Of a stretch of DNA of 64,000 nt, positions 12,688 through 25,395 are shown piece after piece (the first letter of the stretch is position 1; each line of letters opens with the position of its first letter). Location: the NCBI RefSeq assembly GCF_009914755.1, contig NC_060947.1; one strand, written 5' to 3'. The position numbers and the translations under genes were made by a program. Below the pieces are notes generated by a model, which was not told the DNA's origin, did not search any database, and saw only the letters and a program-made list of their open reading frames with translations. The DNA is from the human T2T-CHM13v2.0 reference genome, Homo sapiens.

Positions 12688-14132
12688 GATGGAGAGATGA
12701 ATTAGACACGTTACCTCTGCCCTCAAAGAACTCATTAGCTTATGGTAAAGACAAACAAGCAATCTAACCACCAGATGCTGGGATAAGTCTTGGCTTGGTG
12801 ATCAATACAACCTGCATGGGGGCATGTAATTCACCCTGGGCTGGGAGAAGTGAAAGATCAGTGATATCTTCTAGAAGACACAATAGTTGGGCCGGCCAAT
12901 CCTTGAAGGATGCACATTCTTCAGGCACAGAAGGAGGAGCAATGAGCTTTAGGGTGCACAGGCAGTGAGCCCTGAGTGTGCAAGGCACGTGCAGTGTGAA
13001 GTGCAGGCTTCCTGGCCTTGCCAAAGCATTGGCTTCATTATAGGGAGCAGTAGGAGGTTGGCCAGAATGTAAACAGGGGCCAGATTGTGCAGGAACTTGA
13101 ATCTACCTGAAGAAGGCGTTTACATTTCAGCCCCCATGAGGCAATGAGGGCCCATCAGTGTTTAAATAGTGACATGTTCTGAGCTTTAGCAAGCTCTCTC
13201 AGAAAGCAGCTTTGAGGGTGGGTTGGATGGTGACAGGTGAAATTTGAGCCCAAGGATCATGATTAGGAGTTTTGCCAGCCAGGCTCTGGGCAGGAAACAG
13301 ATGGCACTCTCAAAAGGAGTGGAAGAGTTCCCAGACATCAGAGAGTCCCATGGCTATAAGAGAGGGCCACTCAACAGGAGCTGGGGCCTTAGGTAGAGGA
13401 AAGCAGCCAGAATCAACCTCAACCTGGTAGGGAGGGTGGAGGAGCCAGGGGAACAAATACTCCCACTTGTCTGCTTGCCCACCCTCTTAGCTTCTGCCAG
13501 AAACTCTCCTTGGTAAAATCCAACCATAAGCCAGATGGTGGGGCTTCCCAGTTGATGTACCCCACAAAAGCCAGCCTTTCTGGGGTTCAGAGGAGGGTGG
13601 ATGATATAGTTTGGATCTGTGTCCCTGTTCAAATCTCATGTCAAATTGTAATCCCAATATTGGAGGTAGGGCCTGGTGAGAGGTAATTTGATCATGGCAG
13701 TGGGTTTCTCATGCATGGTTTAGCACCATCTTCCTTGGTACTGTCCTTCTAACAGTGAGTGAATTCTCATGAGATCTGGCCATTTAAAAGTATGTAGCAC
13801 TTCCCCCATGTCTCTCTTGCTCCTGTTCCTGCCATGTGAGATATCTCACACCCCCTTTGCCTTCTGCCATGATTGGAAGCTTCCTGAGGCCTCCCTAGCA
13901 GCAGAAGCCACTATGCTTCTTCTGTAGCCTGCAGAACTATAAACCAATTACACCTCTTTTTAAAAAAATATATTACCCAGTCTCAGGTATTTATTTATAG
14001 CAATGCGAGAATGAATAATACAGAAAATTGATACCACTTCCACATGTTTAGGTATAAAAGATACCTGTATAAAGATATCTAAAAGTGTGGAAGTGACTTT
14101 GGAACTGGAAAACAGGCAGAGGTTGGAAGACT

Positions 14133-14339
14133 TTGGAAGGCTCAGAAAAAGACAGGAAGATGAAGGAATGTTTGGAACTTCCTAGAAACCAGTTAAATGG
14201 TTGTGAGCAAAATGCTGATAGTGATATAGACAGTGAAGGCCAGGATGAGGAGGTCTCAGACAGAAATGAGGAACTTCTTGGGAACTGGAGCAAAAGTCCC
14301 TTTTGTTATGCCTTAGCAAAGAAATTGGCTGCATTGTGA
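14133..14339 (+). pseudogene. Remnant of the MaLR internal ORF
   Basis: LEGSEKDRKMKECLELPR...EEVSDRNEELLGNWSK...CYALAKKLAA matches the remembered MST/THE1-int reading frame; disrupted by stops and MER1B. Confidence 0.7.
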
Positions 14340-14390
14340 CCCTGCTCTAGGGATCTGTGGAACTTTGAACTTGAGAATGATTATTTAGAG

Positions 14391-14718
14391 CAGGGGTCCT
14401 CAACCTCCAGGCTACCAACTGGTGCCAGTCCATAACCTGTTAGGAACTGGGCTGCACAGCAAGAGGTGAGCAGCAGGCGAGTGAGCATTACCACCTGAAC
14501 TCTGCCTCCTGCCAGATCAGTGGCAGCATTAGATTCTCACAGGAGCATGAACCCTTTTGTGGACTGTGCATGCAAGGGATCTAGATGGCATGCTCCTTAT
14601 GAGACTCTAACTAATGCCTGATGATCTGAGATGGAACAGTTTCCTCCTGAAACCAACCCCCTCCACCCTGTCCATGGAAAAATTGTTTTCCATGAAACTG
14701 GTCCCTAGTGCCAAAATG
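14391..14718 (+). mobile_element. MER1B (hAT-Charlie) inserted in MSTA-int
   Basis: CAGGGGTCCTCAACC start, GGCAGCATTAGATTCTCACAGGAGC, CATGAAACTGGTCCCTAGTGCCAAAA; 8-bp near-TSD ATTTAGAG/ATTTAGGG. Confidence 0.92.
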
Positions 14719-17034
14719 ATTTAGGGTATCTGGCAGAAGAAATTTCTAAGCAGTAAAGCATTCAAAATTTGGCTTCTTCTAACAACCTATGCTCATGTGT
14801 GTGACCAAAGAAATAACCTAAAGTTGGAACTTATATTTAAAGGGGAAGCAGAGCATAAAAGTTTGGAGAGTATGCAGCCTGCCCATGTGGTAGAAGAGAA
14901 AAGCCCATTTTCAGGGGAGGAATTCAAGCAGGCTGCAGAAATTTGCATAAGTAAAAAAGGAGCCAAGTGTTAAGACCCAAAACAATGGGGAGAAGGCCTC
15001 AAAAGCTTTTTGGTGACTTTCTTGGCAGCCCCTCCCATTACAGGCCTGGAGGCCTAGGAGGACTGAATGGTTTTGTGGGCCCTGCTGCCCTGCACAGCCT
15101 TGAGACACTGCTCCCTGCATCTGGACTGCTCCAGTTCCACTCATGGCTCAAAAGGGCCAAGGTACAGCTTGGGCCACTGCTTTAGACAGACCATAAGCCT
15201 AGGCAGCTTCCAAGTAGTATTAAATCTGCAGATGCACAGAGTGTAAGAGTTGAGGCTGGGGAGCCTCTGCCTCAATTTCAGAGGATGTATGGAAAAGCCT
15301 GGATGTCCAGGCAGAAGCCTGTTGCAGGGGCAGGGCCCTCATTGAGAACCTTTACTAGGGCAGTGTGAAGGGGAAATGTGGTGCTGAATTCCACACAAAC
15401 AATCCCAACTGGGGCACTGTCTAGTGGAGCTGTGAGAAAAAGGTCATGATCCTCCAGACCCTGGAATGGTAGATCCACCAGCAGCTTGCAGAACACTATG
15501 CCTGGAAAAGCTACAGGCACTCACCACCAGCCCATGAGTGAGGCCATGGGGGCTGAACCCTGAAAAGCTGCAAGGGCAGAGTTGCCCAAGGCATTAGGAG
15601 CCCACCTCTTGCATCAATGTACCCTGGATATGGGACACTGAGTCAAAGGAAATTATTTTAGAGCTTTAAGATTTAATGACTGCCCTGCTGGGTTTAGAAC
15701 TTGCATGGAGCCTATAGCCATTTTCTTTTGGCCAATTTCTCCCTGTTGGAATGGGGGTATTTATCCAATGCCTATACCCCCATTGTATCTTGGAAGTAAC
15801 TAATTTTTTTTTTTATTTTATAGGCTCATGGATGTAGGGCACTCTAGCCTTGTCTCAGATGAGACTTTGGACTTTTGAGTTCATGCTGGAATAAGACTTT
15901 GGGAATTATTGGGAAGGCATGGTTGTATTTTGCAATAGAAGAAGGACATGAGATTTGGGAGGGGGTGGGGTGGAATGATATAGTTTCGATCTGAGTCCCT
16001 GCCCAAATCTCATGTCAAATTGTAATTCCCAATGTTGGAGGTAGGGCCTGGTGAGAGGCAATTGGATTATGGAAGTGGGTTTCTTAAGAATGGTTTAGCA
16101 CCATCGCCTTGTTGCTGTTCTCATGATAATGACTTCTCATGAGATCTGGTTGTTTAAAAATCTATGGCACCTCCCCCCTCACTCTCTCATACTCCTGTTC
16201 CTGCCATGTGAGATGCCTCACTCCCCCCTTTGCCTTCTTCCATTATTGGAAGCTTCCTGAGGCCTTCCCAGAAACAGAAGTGCTATGCTTCTTGCACAGC
16301 CTGCAGAACTGTGAGCCAATTAAACCTATTTTCTTTATAAATTACCCAGTCTCTGGTATTTCTTTATAGCAATGTGAGAATGGACTAATACAGTGGAGAA
16401 GCACAAAGGCTGGGTCTAGAGTGGCAAACAGAATATCCAGTCCAGGAGGTCCCTGAAGTTGGCCAGGCCAGAGGTGGAAGCAGGTGAAGTTACTTTTGAG
16501 ACCATGGAGTTTGAATAGCCTGAGGCACTCTCTAGTGGCAGTGGTGAGTGATCTGGAGACACCAGGCTGAAATTCCTACTGCTAGAGGATCATTTCTTGG
16601 ATGCTGAGCTTTTCTAATGAGTACCTACTTCTGAGAGGGGCAAGACTTTGTTTCCCATCTGCCTTTAACTTCAGTGTAAAATGGAGCATTGATGACAAGT
16701 AAGGACAAAGCCTGAATGAATCTTTGAGAAAAAAGGGCCGTGTGGAAAGGGGGCCCCCATATGTCTCCATGAAGCCATGTTGGAACTTTGGTAACTACAG
16801 GCCAACAGGAGGGGAAGGGAGACAACACAACTCTGGAGACAAAGGGCTGAGAAAATAGAGTGCTGGAAGACATCGGAGAAAAGCTTAGCTTGGGCAGCCA
16901 GTGTCAAGGCCTGATATTATCTAGGAATCTGTAGAATTACACAGAAAAAAAAGCCAGCTTCATGAAAACCCCATTGTTATACATACACATGGTTCCTGCA
17001 GCCACACATAGGCAGTACATAAAGACAATTCCCC

Positions 17035-17454
17035 TTTATTAGTCTGGTAGGGCTGATGTAACAAAGTGCCACAAGCTGGGTGGCTTAAACAACAGGCATT
17101 TATTGTCTCACAATTTCAGAGGCTAGAAGTCCAAAATCAAGGTGTCAACTAGGTCACACTCCCTCTGAAGGCACTAGGAAAGGATTTGTTCCTGGTCTTC
17201 TCTCTTACCTTCTGGTAGTTCCTTGGCTTTTGGTCACATGATCCCAATCTTCACATGGTGTTCTCCTTGTTTGTGTCTTTCTGTGTCCAAATCTCCACTT
17301 TTAATAAGGACACCAGTCATATTGAATTGGGGACCACACTAATGACTTCATCTTAACTTTCATTTGCAAAGACCCTGTTGCCTAATAAGATCACATTTTA
17401 AGGAATTGTGGTTTAAGACAAATCTCTTTGGAAAGTCATAATTCAACCTATAAA
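17035..17454 (-). mobile_element. MaLR solo LTR, MLT1B/C-like
   Basis: GTAACAAAGTGCCACAAGCTGGGTGGCTTAAACAACAG...AAGGACACCAGTCATATTG...TGCAAAGACCCTGTT. Confidence 0.9.
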
Positions 17455-17762
17455 GCCTCCCAATACTCACATGGAGTTGTTGTGACTCACTCCTCCTAAG
17501 GTCAATCTTTGTATGGAGTCCAAGGAGTCTTGGGGATGGCAGCCCCAAGGTTTGTGAGCATTGGCACAGCAATCCTCCCTATGGCTGCAGAGCATAGGAC
17601 TGGCATGGAGCCACAGGGAGAGGAGTCCTTCCTGGAGGGCTTTAGGGAATTTTTTACATAGAAAATACAAAATATAAGCAGAGAGACCCACATTTGAATT
17701 TTGGGTATCTAGAAACTACAATAGTGACATGGTCTATTTATTAAGCACTTGAGTCATACCAA

Positions 17763-18172
17763 TGTCTGGACTTGGATTTCCCCTTAGCAGACCCCAAGAC
17801 GAGGATTTGAGTGCAATCATTTATTTGGGACGTGGTCCAGGAGGCACATTGGGAAGGTGAAGCAGTGAGAAAGGGAGAGAGGAAAGCCAGTGGAGAGTGA
17901 GCAGATGTGTGTATTACCAGTGTGGGCAACTGGGGCTCAGGCCCATGGGAGGCCTCTCAGAGGCTGCATGGATCATGAACATGCCTTGGAGTGGAAGCTG
18001 GGACTTTTATCCAACAATTCCCATCTCTCATTGGTGGAGGGTTCCTCCAGGGCCAAAGAACAAGCTCAGGCAGAAAGACGCAGGAAGCCACCAGCAGAAT
18101 GACAGCTGACTGCAGTTAACCTCCTGAGTGGACCACAGGGATGTGGGAGGGGCGCCAACAGCTTCTGGTGGC
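17763..18172 (-). mobile_element. ERVL solo LTR, LTR33/LTR16 family
   Basis: AGCAGACCCCAAGACGAGGATTTGAGTGCAATCATTTATTTGGGA...TGTGGGCAACTGGGGCTCA. Confidence 0.8.
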
Positions 18173-19314
18173 CCCATATGTGGCACTTGAACCTCACAAC
18201 AGAACTTTAAAATAGGTATTCTTATCTTCACTCTGCAAACAAGGAAATGAAGGTTGGGGGGTTAAAATTATCCCAAAAGTCATAATTTAGTAAGTAGCTT
18301 ACCCAGGATCATAACTCATTTCTATATTATTTTGGGGCCAATATCCTGAAGCATCAAACTTTATGACTTCCCAACTGATCGGTGTTTTGTGTTATCTTAC
18401 TCTGAAGAGACAGAATTTTTTTTTCTGAGCTGGGTCTTAAACTAATAGTGACTCAAAGTAGAGACACACAGTGACTCTGTAGAAAGGTTACACCCCAATG
18501 CCAGCCTTGTGAAGATGAGCTTAGTTCTCTTGAAGTTTCTCTGCATGGTGCCCTGAGATTCATTTTTGAGGATATGTGGATAGGAGGGAGAGACCCCTGC
18601 CCAGACCCCCTGTTGAAAGCCTTTCATGGGAGTGTGGCTGGATGTCAGGGCAGAGCCCCATGGCAGCCACATCCAAGTTTCAGTTGGCACCCGTATGGTT
18701 CCCAGACTTGCTGCTGCCTTACGTTCCCAGTAGTTCACAAGACCTGGGGCAACAGGGAGACCCTGAAGTGGGGCCACTTAAGTCTTCCCATCACCTACCA
18801 CTACGATGAGATTCTCCCCCGGTTGGCTTGGAGTGACAGTGATAGATTAAATGCACCAATTAAATTAGATCCTATTTTAAAGAGCTTGAGCTGGATTTAC
18901 TTTTAATTATAGTGCTGTGCTTGCTGATGAGGTATTGTTGAGGACTTAACAATGGTTGATTGTGCATCTGAGTGTTCAGAGAGCAGTTTCTGGGAGATAC
19001 TGGGGATGGGTTTCTTCCTAAGGAGCTCCTTGGGATAAGACAGAGGAGGGAGGAGGCAGGTTGAGAAGGAGAGAGGGAGGGGAATATGTCCTATCTCCAC
19101 TGAGAATCCATCTCTCTTCTTCTTGTTTTCTGCTTTATGAATCCCATGTTCTTTGGAAACTTAACGAGCCCAGCACAAGGTAGAGAAATGGGCCAGAGGC
19201 CATGGAGTCAAGCTGGCTTGGGGCCCCATAATGCCTCTGCTCCACTTAGCTGAATGTACTACCTGGGCCCAGGTAACTAACCTGTCCTATCTGAGCCATA
19301 GTTTGCTTTTAGTG

Positions 19315-19705
19315 TTTAATTAATTCATTCAACAGGTATTTCTTGAGCTTCTAGGATGCACTAACATTGTTCAAGGTGATGAGAATAAAGCAGAAGAAAA
19401 AACAATAAAAACAAGTATCTGTCCTTGTGGAACGCACATGCTCATGGCTGGGGTCAAGGTGCGGGGGCAGAAATAAACAAAGATAACACACAATATCATG
19501 TAGTGGGTGACAAATGCTAAGAGAGAAAATGAAGTGGGTTTAAAACGTTGTGGGACAAGAGGCTGTATTTTAGACAGTGGTCAGGAAAGGTCTCTCTGAG
19601 GATGGCATTTGAGCAAATTCTGGAAGCAAGTGAGGGGCTAATCCATGTGGCCATCTGGGAACAGCATTCTAGGCCAAAAAAAAGAGTAAATACAAAGACC
19701 TTGTA
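19315..19705 (-). mobile_element. L2 LINE 3' fragment
   Basis: ATTCATTCAACAGGTATTTCTTGAG; GTGGTCAGGAAAGGTCTCTCTGAGGATGGCATTTGAGCA. Confidence 0.8.
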
Positions 19706-20039
19706 CCTGGGCTGGTGGAGTCCCAGCTGCCCCCACTAGACCTTCTGCCATGCTAGCAGCCAAGCCGTGTCTGTGACCACTTCTCACTGCCTTAAGGGAG
19801 ACAGATTCTCAGACCTTTGTGATAGCCCTTCTGGAGGTTCAGCCACTGGAGGTGTTGACCTACATACAATCTGGCCCAGGAGGGAGTGGAGTGCCAATGT
19901 ACTGATTAAGTGATGCATGCTCACAGTCCCCATTGAGTATGCTACTTTCAGGACCCAATTCTTTGCTGTAATGAAAAAGAAGAAGGATTCAGAACAAAAA
20001 CTCATGAGCCAAGTTTACACATAAATAGCTTTACTTGAC

Positions 20040-20200
20040 AAATACTGTGGACCATAAATCTAGATGCTTGGGTTTTGGTCTCTTCTTTGCCTGACATTTG
20101 CAAAGTAAGTAAATTTGGGCAAGTTTTTTACCCCTCTGAGCCTCAGTTTTGTGTTCTATAAAATGTAAAAATGAGAACAGTGTACTAGACCTGGATGATA
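20040..20200 (+). mobile_element. MIR-family fragment
   Basis: TTGGGCAAGTTTTTTACCCCTCTGAGCCTCAGTTTTGTGTTCTATAAAATG. Confidence 0.7.
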
Positions 20201-20401
20201 TCTTGTAGCTAAGGATAATGTTGGGAGCAAGACTTTGAGAATCATGGAATCATGGAAAAGAAGATTTAAAAAGGCCTAGGAAGAGGTCAGAGAAGCTCCC
20301 AGACTTAGCCTCCAGACATGGGAAAGTTTCCAGAAATCTTTGCTTCAGGCTTGGAAGTGACAGCCCCATCAGTGGCTGGGGTGGCAGAAGAGTTCTTCCC
20401 A

Positions 20402-20866
20402 TGACTCAGTTAGGTTCTCCAGAAGCAGAATGAGATAAGAACCCAAGTGAAAATAGTTTATTTTGGAACTAATCCAAAAAAACACTAGTAAAGCGAGTGG
20501 AGAAATAAAAGAAGGCATCACCAAGTCAGTTGCCACTGTGGGCAACTGGAACTTAATCCTGCTAGAAACCACTGAAAGTCAGCACAGAATGTGTGCCTCA
20601 GAGTTAGCCCACCTGAGGGTGATGAAGCTGGGGTATTTATATACCCAGTCCTGTCTGTCAATGGCTGAGGGTTGCTCTGCAGAATTAGGAGGGATGTTAA
20701 TCCTTGGTACTTCTGGCTGTCAGCAGCAACAGGTAAAGTATGCTTCTTGTCCTAAGAAAGCCCTGAAGCAAGGGAATAAAGGAATTGCTGGCTGGGAGTT
20801 GGGTGGTATTCTTTAAAATATTAGCGGCAAGAAGATATGGGTTGGATTCTGACACCATCTACTACA
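20402..20866 (-). mobile_element. ERVL solo LTR, LTR33/LTR16 family
   Basis: GGTTCTCCAGAAGCAGAATGAGATAAG...CCACTGTGGGCAACTGGAACTTAATCC...AAGCTGGGGTATTTATA...CCATCTACTACA. Confidence 0.78.
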
Positions 20867-22265
20867 ACCTCCAGAATATGCAACACTGCCCCAGATCAGC
20901 CTTGCAGGGAGAAGGCCCTGAGCTTATGCTCCAGACCCACATCATAGTGGGCCACCCCTCGGTTGCAAGTGACAGATCTGCTCCCTGATCCAAGGTCTAC
21001 ACCTGTGTGGTCAGGCCTCTGGCCTTTGGGAAGTATTAGAGACAGGAAGCAGGAAAAGGAAACCCATCTAAGAGAGACAAAGCTTAGTGCTCCATGCAGT
21101 TCAGTTTGCCATAGAAGCACCATGTGCTCAGCCCCTCAGATAGTGGACGATCCTGGCAGGTAGGGATGTTTCTGTGTGACGCCCCCTGCAAGGAATGCTA
21201 TTCCCTGACTGTCAAGAGAGTAGCTGGCAGTATTGTCATGTCAACCAACAAGAGCCCACCCAAGGACGCTGCTGGTGACAGAAGAGATGGAACAGAAATG
21301 GCCATTGCCAGGAAGTGCACCTCTATGGCAGGTGGCCAGAACCAAGATAGTTAGTTTTCCTTGCTCTTGACATTGTGATTGTGACCCATATTATGCACAC
21401 ACACTCCCTACTCTAGACTGGTTGGGCACTGGAAAACACCTGTCATAATGTTGTGCTGACTTGCTGGGTAAGCAGGAACAAGTGGGTGTCTGTGTTTTCC
21501 CCTCCATAAAATGATTCAGATGGTACTGGTTCCTTGGCCTCCACCGTGGGAGGCAGCAAGAACTGACGCAATCACGTCTGGGAGGCATTTGGAGCATCTT
21601 GAAAGAAAGAGGTTGTCAAGAATTCCTGTTATAAGATCCTAAAGTATTTTTTTCTTTTAATTTTAAACCTTATGAGTTTTCAAATTACATTTAAGGTATT
21701 TCAAACCAGCAGCTGTTCTGAGAGCTGCTGACCACAAAGTGAAGGTAAAAATAAAATTCGAATTAAGAAGATGTGCTCCTGACTTGTGGCCAGATTCCAG
21801 TTTGGATCTTAAAAGCTTCCTCCCTGGCCAGCTTCCTGTGTTGACCCCCAGGGTCACTTAGCTCTGAGCGGCTGTGTATTCTTTGCCATTAGATATTGAA
21901 AACAGGAAATGAAGGGGCCTGTCGGGGGATGGTGAAGCTTGAAACAACTTCAGAGAACAAGCTGATGAAGTCATAGATCTTATCTCCTTGCCTTTTCCAT
22001 GTCGGGTTTCTTTAAAGATAAGGTAGTGAATCAAAATGTGCCGCTTTTTTTTTCAAGATGGAAGCAGAGGAGGATTACTTTAATATCCCCTTCCCTTCCA
22101 GTGTTTCCAAAGATAACCAGATGAGAGAAATGCCTCGATCCTGTGCACGTGCATGTAAAATGCGATTACAGGACAATTTCCCCATCTTGGTCCCTGAGGG
22201 CTGGGGGAAGAGAGGGAGGAGAGATGACGCTTGGGATGGAGAGGAGGCAGATAGCCATTCAGACT

Positions 22266-22322
22266 TGTGTTGTTGTGTATGATGATGATGATGATGTTGA
22301 TGTTGTTGTTATTGTTGTTTTG
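22266..22322. repeat. Compound (GAT)n/(GTT)n trinucleotide microsatellite
   Basis: ATGATGATGATGATGATGTTGATGTTGTTGTTATTGTTGTT. Confidence 0.85.
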
Positions 22323-24142
22323 TTAAGGCAGTGCTCAAGCTAGAGGTGTCGTTGTGGGCCTATGGCCAGTTTATACTGTAGAACTGGATGACCGGCACTG
22401 TCAGGGGCTGGAGGGAAAAGAAAAATCTTGTGTATTTGGATGGGACACACCCAGCTAGAATGCCAGTCCTGTGGGCATATTCCTAAGTGCTAGATCCCCA
22501 GACTGGGCTGGCTCAGACAGCAGTATTATGTGGAGAGTGGCTGAAAGCACCCCAGGAGGACAAATGTGAGATGGGACCAAGGAGGGAAGGCAGGCATTGG
22601 AATTGGACACATAGGTCTGATGGGAGGGTGAAAGGCCATGGGTCATGAGCACAGGCACTGAGAGGAACAGGGAAGGTGGGAGACGGGCGTGGGACAGCTC
22701 AAGGGAGCAAAGATCTAGGGTGACTAAGAACACAGGCAGACCTTGGATCTCTTTGGGACTAGCAGACTTCAGTTCAAATCTGACTCTGCCACAGGGATGT
22801 GATCCAAGCCTCAGTTTTATTTTCCATAAAACTGGTCAATATCTCTATCATGGGATTGTTATGGAGAGAAAACAAGGTCACCTTTTTTTTTTTTTTTAAC
22901 ATGCTTGAGGCTGTGAACTGTGCAGGGTGCTGTAAGGATGTATGTATGTAGTTCCACAAATTTGGTGCTCGGGGAGGAGCAGCCCGCCAGGTTAAAGGGA
23001 ATACGCAAAAGTAGATGCTAAGCTTATTTATGAAACAGCTTCTTTGGCCTTTTGGTGAACCTAGAGAACAATTTACTTCTGGCAAGGCAAAACTGTGATG
23101 AGAAAAAGATTCCGGGCTTTGTGAGCTGTTTGGGGCAGCTCCCTGGGAAAGGAGGCCCCTTGACTCTCTTGAGCAGTAGACACCTGGCTTTGGCCCTGCC
23201 CTACCCTGCCAAGGGTGATAAATGTGGGTCAGGCCCTACAGAGGTCAGGCTTCTTCTCTCTTGAGGCAGTTAGGGAAGAGGAACTTGCAGGAAATGAAGT
23301 AAGAAGGGCTCTATGGGGTTAAAGGGACTGGGGAGGCATGGCAGGCAAAACACAGAGGGGATTGGGGATGGGAGAGTTTATACAGTGCACGACCTACACA
23401 GCTATATAGAGGAGCCCAGGAGTGGGGATGTGAGAATCAACAGAATTAATTAGAGCAGAGAAAGGCAACAGGCAGGGCAGCAGAGAGAAGAACACAGGGG
23501 ACGGCTGTTCCAGGTTTGATTTCATGTGCAGTCCAAAGAGAACTGAAAGGCTGTTGCCTTTGTTGTTCTTTCTTCTGCTGAATAGTCTATCATAAATGAA
23601 AAAGCACAATCCACGGGCTATCTGCTTGTCCCAAAAGAAGGAAAAGAGAAGATGAGTTAGTATCCCCAGGAGAGGGACTTATCAAACAAGCTTGCTGTCC
23701 CCTCCCCACTTCTCTCCATCCCCCACCCTGCATGGGGATGAAGGAAAGGTGAGAATGCTCCTTTCTTTTTCTGGAGCTACAAGAAGAGATTCTCTCTTCT
23801 ACTGGATGGTAAAGGGCAAATACAGGAGGCTCTGCTACTCCTGGGCTACCTACAACCCCCACAGGAAGGCCTGTGAGCACTTCAGCATAGATAGGGTGGG
23901 TCGAGTTCCTCTGAACTACATTGTACTGTGCTGGTTGCAGAGCAAGGCCCAGAATGGGGTGAGGGCATGGGTAGGAAGCCTGGTAGAAGAAATGTTTACC
24001 TAAGAACCCGTTGTACCATGAGAGAGATCATGGCAGCCCAGGGTTGGAGGTTCTTAGGCAGTTGTTTCATTAAGCTCTTAGGCAGTGGCTCTGACATGAA
24101 AGAAAGGTGCCCATCCTGGCACCAAGTATCTGTCAATAGGCA

Positions 24143-24276
24143 CTTTTTTTTTTCTTTTTGGTAAAGATGGAGGTCTCAATATGTTGCTCAGGCTGGTCTC
24201 GGACTCCTGGCCCCATGCCATCCTCCTGTCTCACCCAAAGTGCTGGGATTACAGGCATGAGCCACCGCACCTGGCC
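24143..24276 (-). mobile_element. Alu left monomer (FLAM-like) inserted in an L2 tail
   Basis: T-tail, CCCAAAGTGCTGGGATTACAGGCATGAGCCACCGCACCTGGCC; near-TSD AATAGGCACTT/AATAAGCATTT. Confidence 0.9.
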
Positions 24277-24924
24277 AATAAGCATTTGTTCAACGAACGA
24301 ATGGATGCTGGATGAGAGCAGAGGGGTAGCTAGGAGCACAGCACAGTGAGTGTGCCACCCTGTAACAGTGAGTAACTGACCTAAGAAGGAAGAATGTGGG
24401 GCCCCTGATGGATACAAGGCTCTGACTCTGGAGAGATGGAGAACTGAGCCGAGAGGAGCAAGCTATGCACGAGATGAGTGGATGAAGGACAGTCACATCT
24501 GAACAGGAACTGAGGAGGGGGGCTAGGGCAGGCTCACATAGGACCATCCTGTTGCGGCCAAGGAGAGAACTTCAAGCCAGAGTTCCAGAAATTTCACTGA
24601 GGTAACCAGAGCCAGTGACTATTCTTGGTACTGTTACTGGGGCCTTTTCTTATTCACACTCCAGCATCATGGGGGGAAAAAATAGATTATTTGAGAAACT
24701 CAGTTTATTCAGTTTCCTCAGTCTGAGGTATGTCTTTTTTTAATGTTCAACTTACTTTGATTAGAACTCCCCATCTTGCAATGTCTCTTCTCTAGCACCT
24801 GCTGCTACCCTTCCTTCTCTCTCTGCATCCCATAATGAGTCCAAGTGCTGCCAGAGCACACTTGCTCAAGGAGTCAAAAAAATTGAGAAAATCTTTTCCA
24901 GCCATGGTCTCATTATCATCATTC

Positions 24925-25395
24925 ACCAAATGGTCCTTGTGTTCCTAGGCAACATGTTCCAGAATCTTAACAGAAGCTTGGTTTGGAACAGCCAGACTGG
25001 AAGCCGCCCAATATACATCAAAAAGGGCATGGATAGATGGATCAGCATATATTCATACAATGAAGTACTACAAAGCAAGGAAAATGAACAGCAACATGGA
25101 TGGATCTCACAAATGTAATATTGAGCAAAAGAAGCCAGATGCAAGAGTCCAGATCACATAAGTTCATTTACGTGTCTATTTCAAAAGCAGGCAAGAGGAA
25201 GGTGTGGTGTTAGAAATTAAGATGTGTACAGTGGAAGAAATGGGCATAATAAGAAGAGGGCATGAAGGAGGCTTCTAGGGTGCTTGTTTTGCTTTATGTC
25301 TTGACCCAGGTGGTGCTTGACACAGATGGGGCTTGTGTGGTCATTAAGTGAGCTTCTGCATATGTGTGTTTTAATTCATAATAAAAAAGTTTAAA
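24925..25395 (+). mobile_element. Ancient L1 (L1ME-like) 3' end
   Basis: GCAACATGGATGGATCTCACAAATGTAATATTGAGCAAAAGAAGCCAGA...AATAAAAAAGTTT. Confidence 0.78.

Larger units (their letters stand above)
13602..16392 (+). mobile_element. Complete MSTA MaLR provirus: 5' LTR 13602-14022, internal region 14023-15975, 3' LTR 15976-16392
   Basis: Two ~420-bp direct repeats TGATATAGTTT...TAATACA, polypurine tract GGGAGGGGGTGGGGTGGAA before the 3' LTR, perfect TSD GTGGA (13597-13601, 16393-16397). Confidence 0.95.
13271..16444 (-). mobile_element. Ancient ERVL-type LTR (LTR40/41-like) split by the MSTA provirus (parts 13271-13601 and 16393-16444)
   Basis: CAGGAAACAGATGGCACTCTCAAA...CCTTGGTAAAATCCAACCATAAGCCAGA...AGAATATCCAGTCCA; near-TSD GGAGT/GGAGG. 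Confidence 0.6.
12105..16630 (-). mobile_element. L2 LINE split by nested insertions (pieces ~12105-12173, 12688-13270, ~16445-16630)
   Basis: ATTTATTAGTCTGCTACTATGTGCCAGGCACTGTG, CTCTGCCCTCAAAGAACTCA, GGGGCCAGATTGTGCAGG; collinear across the insertions. Confidence 0.7.
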
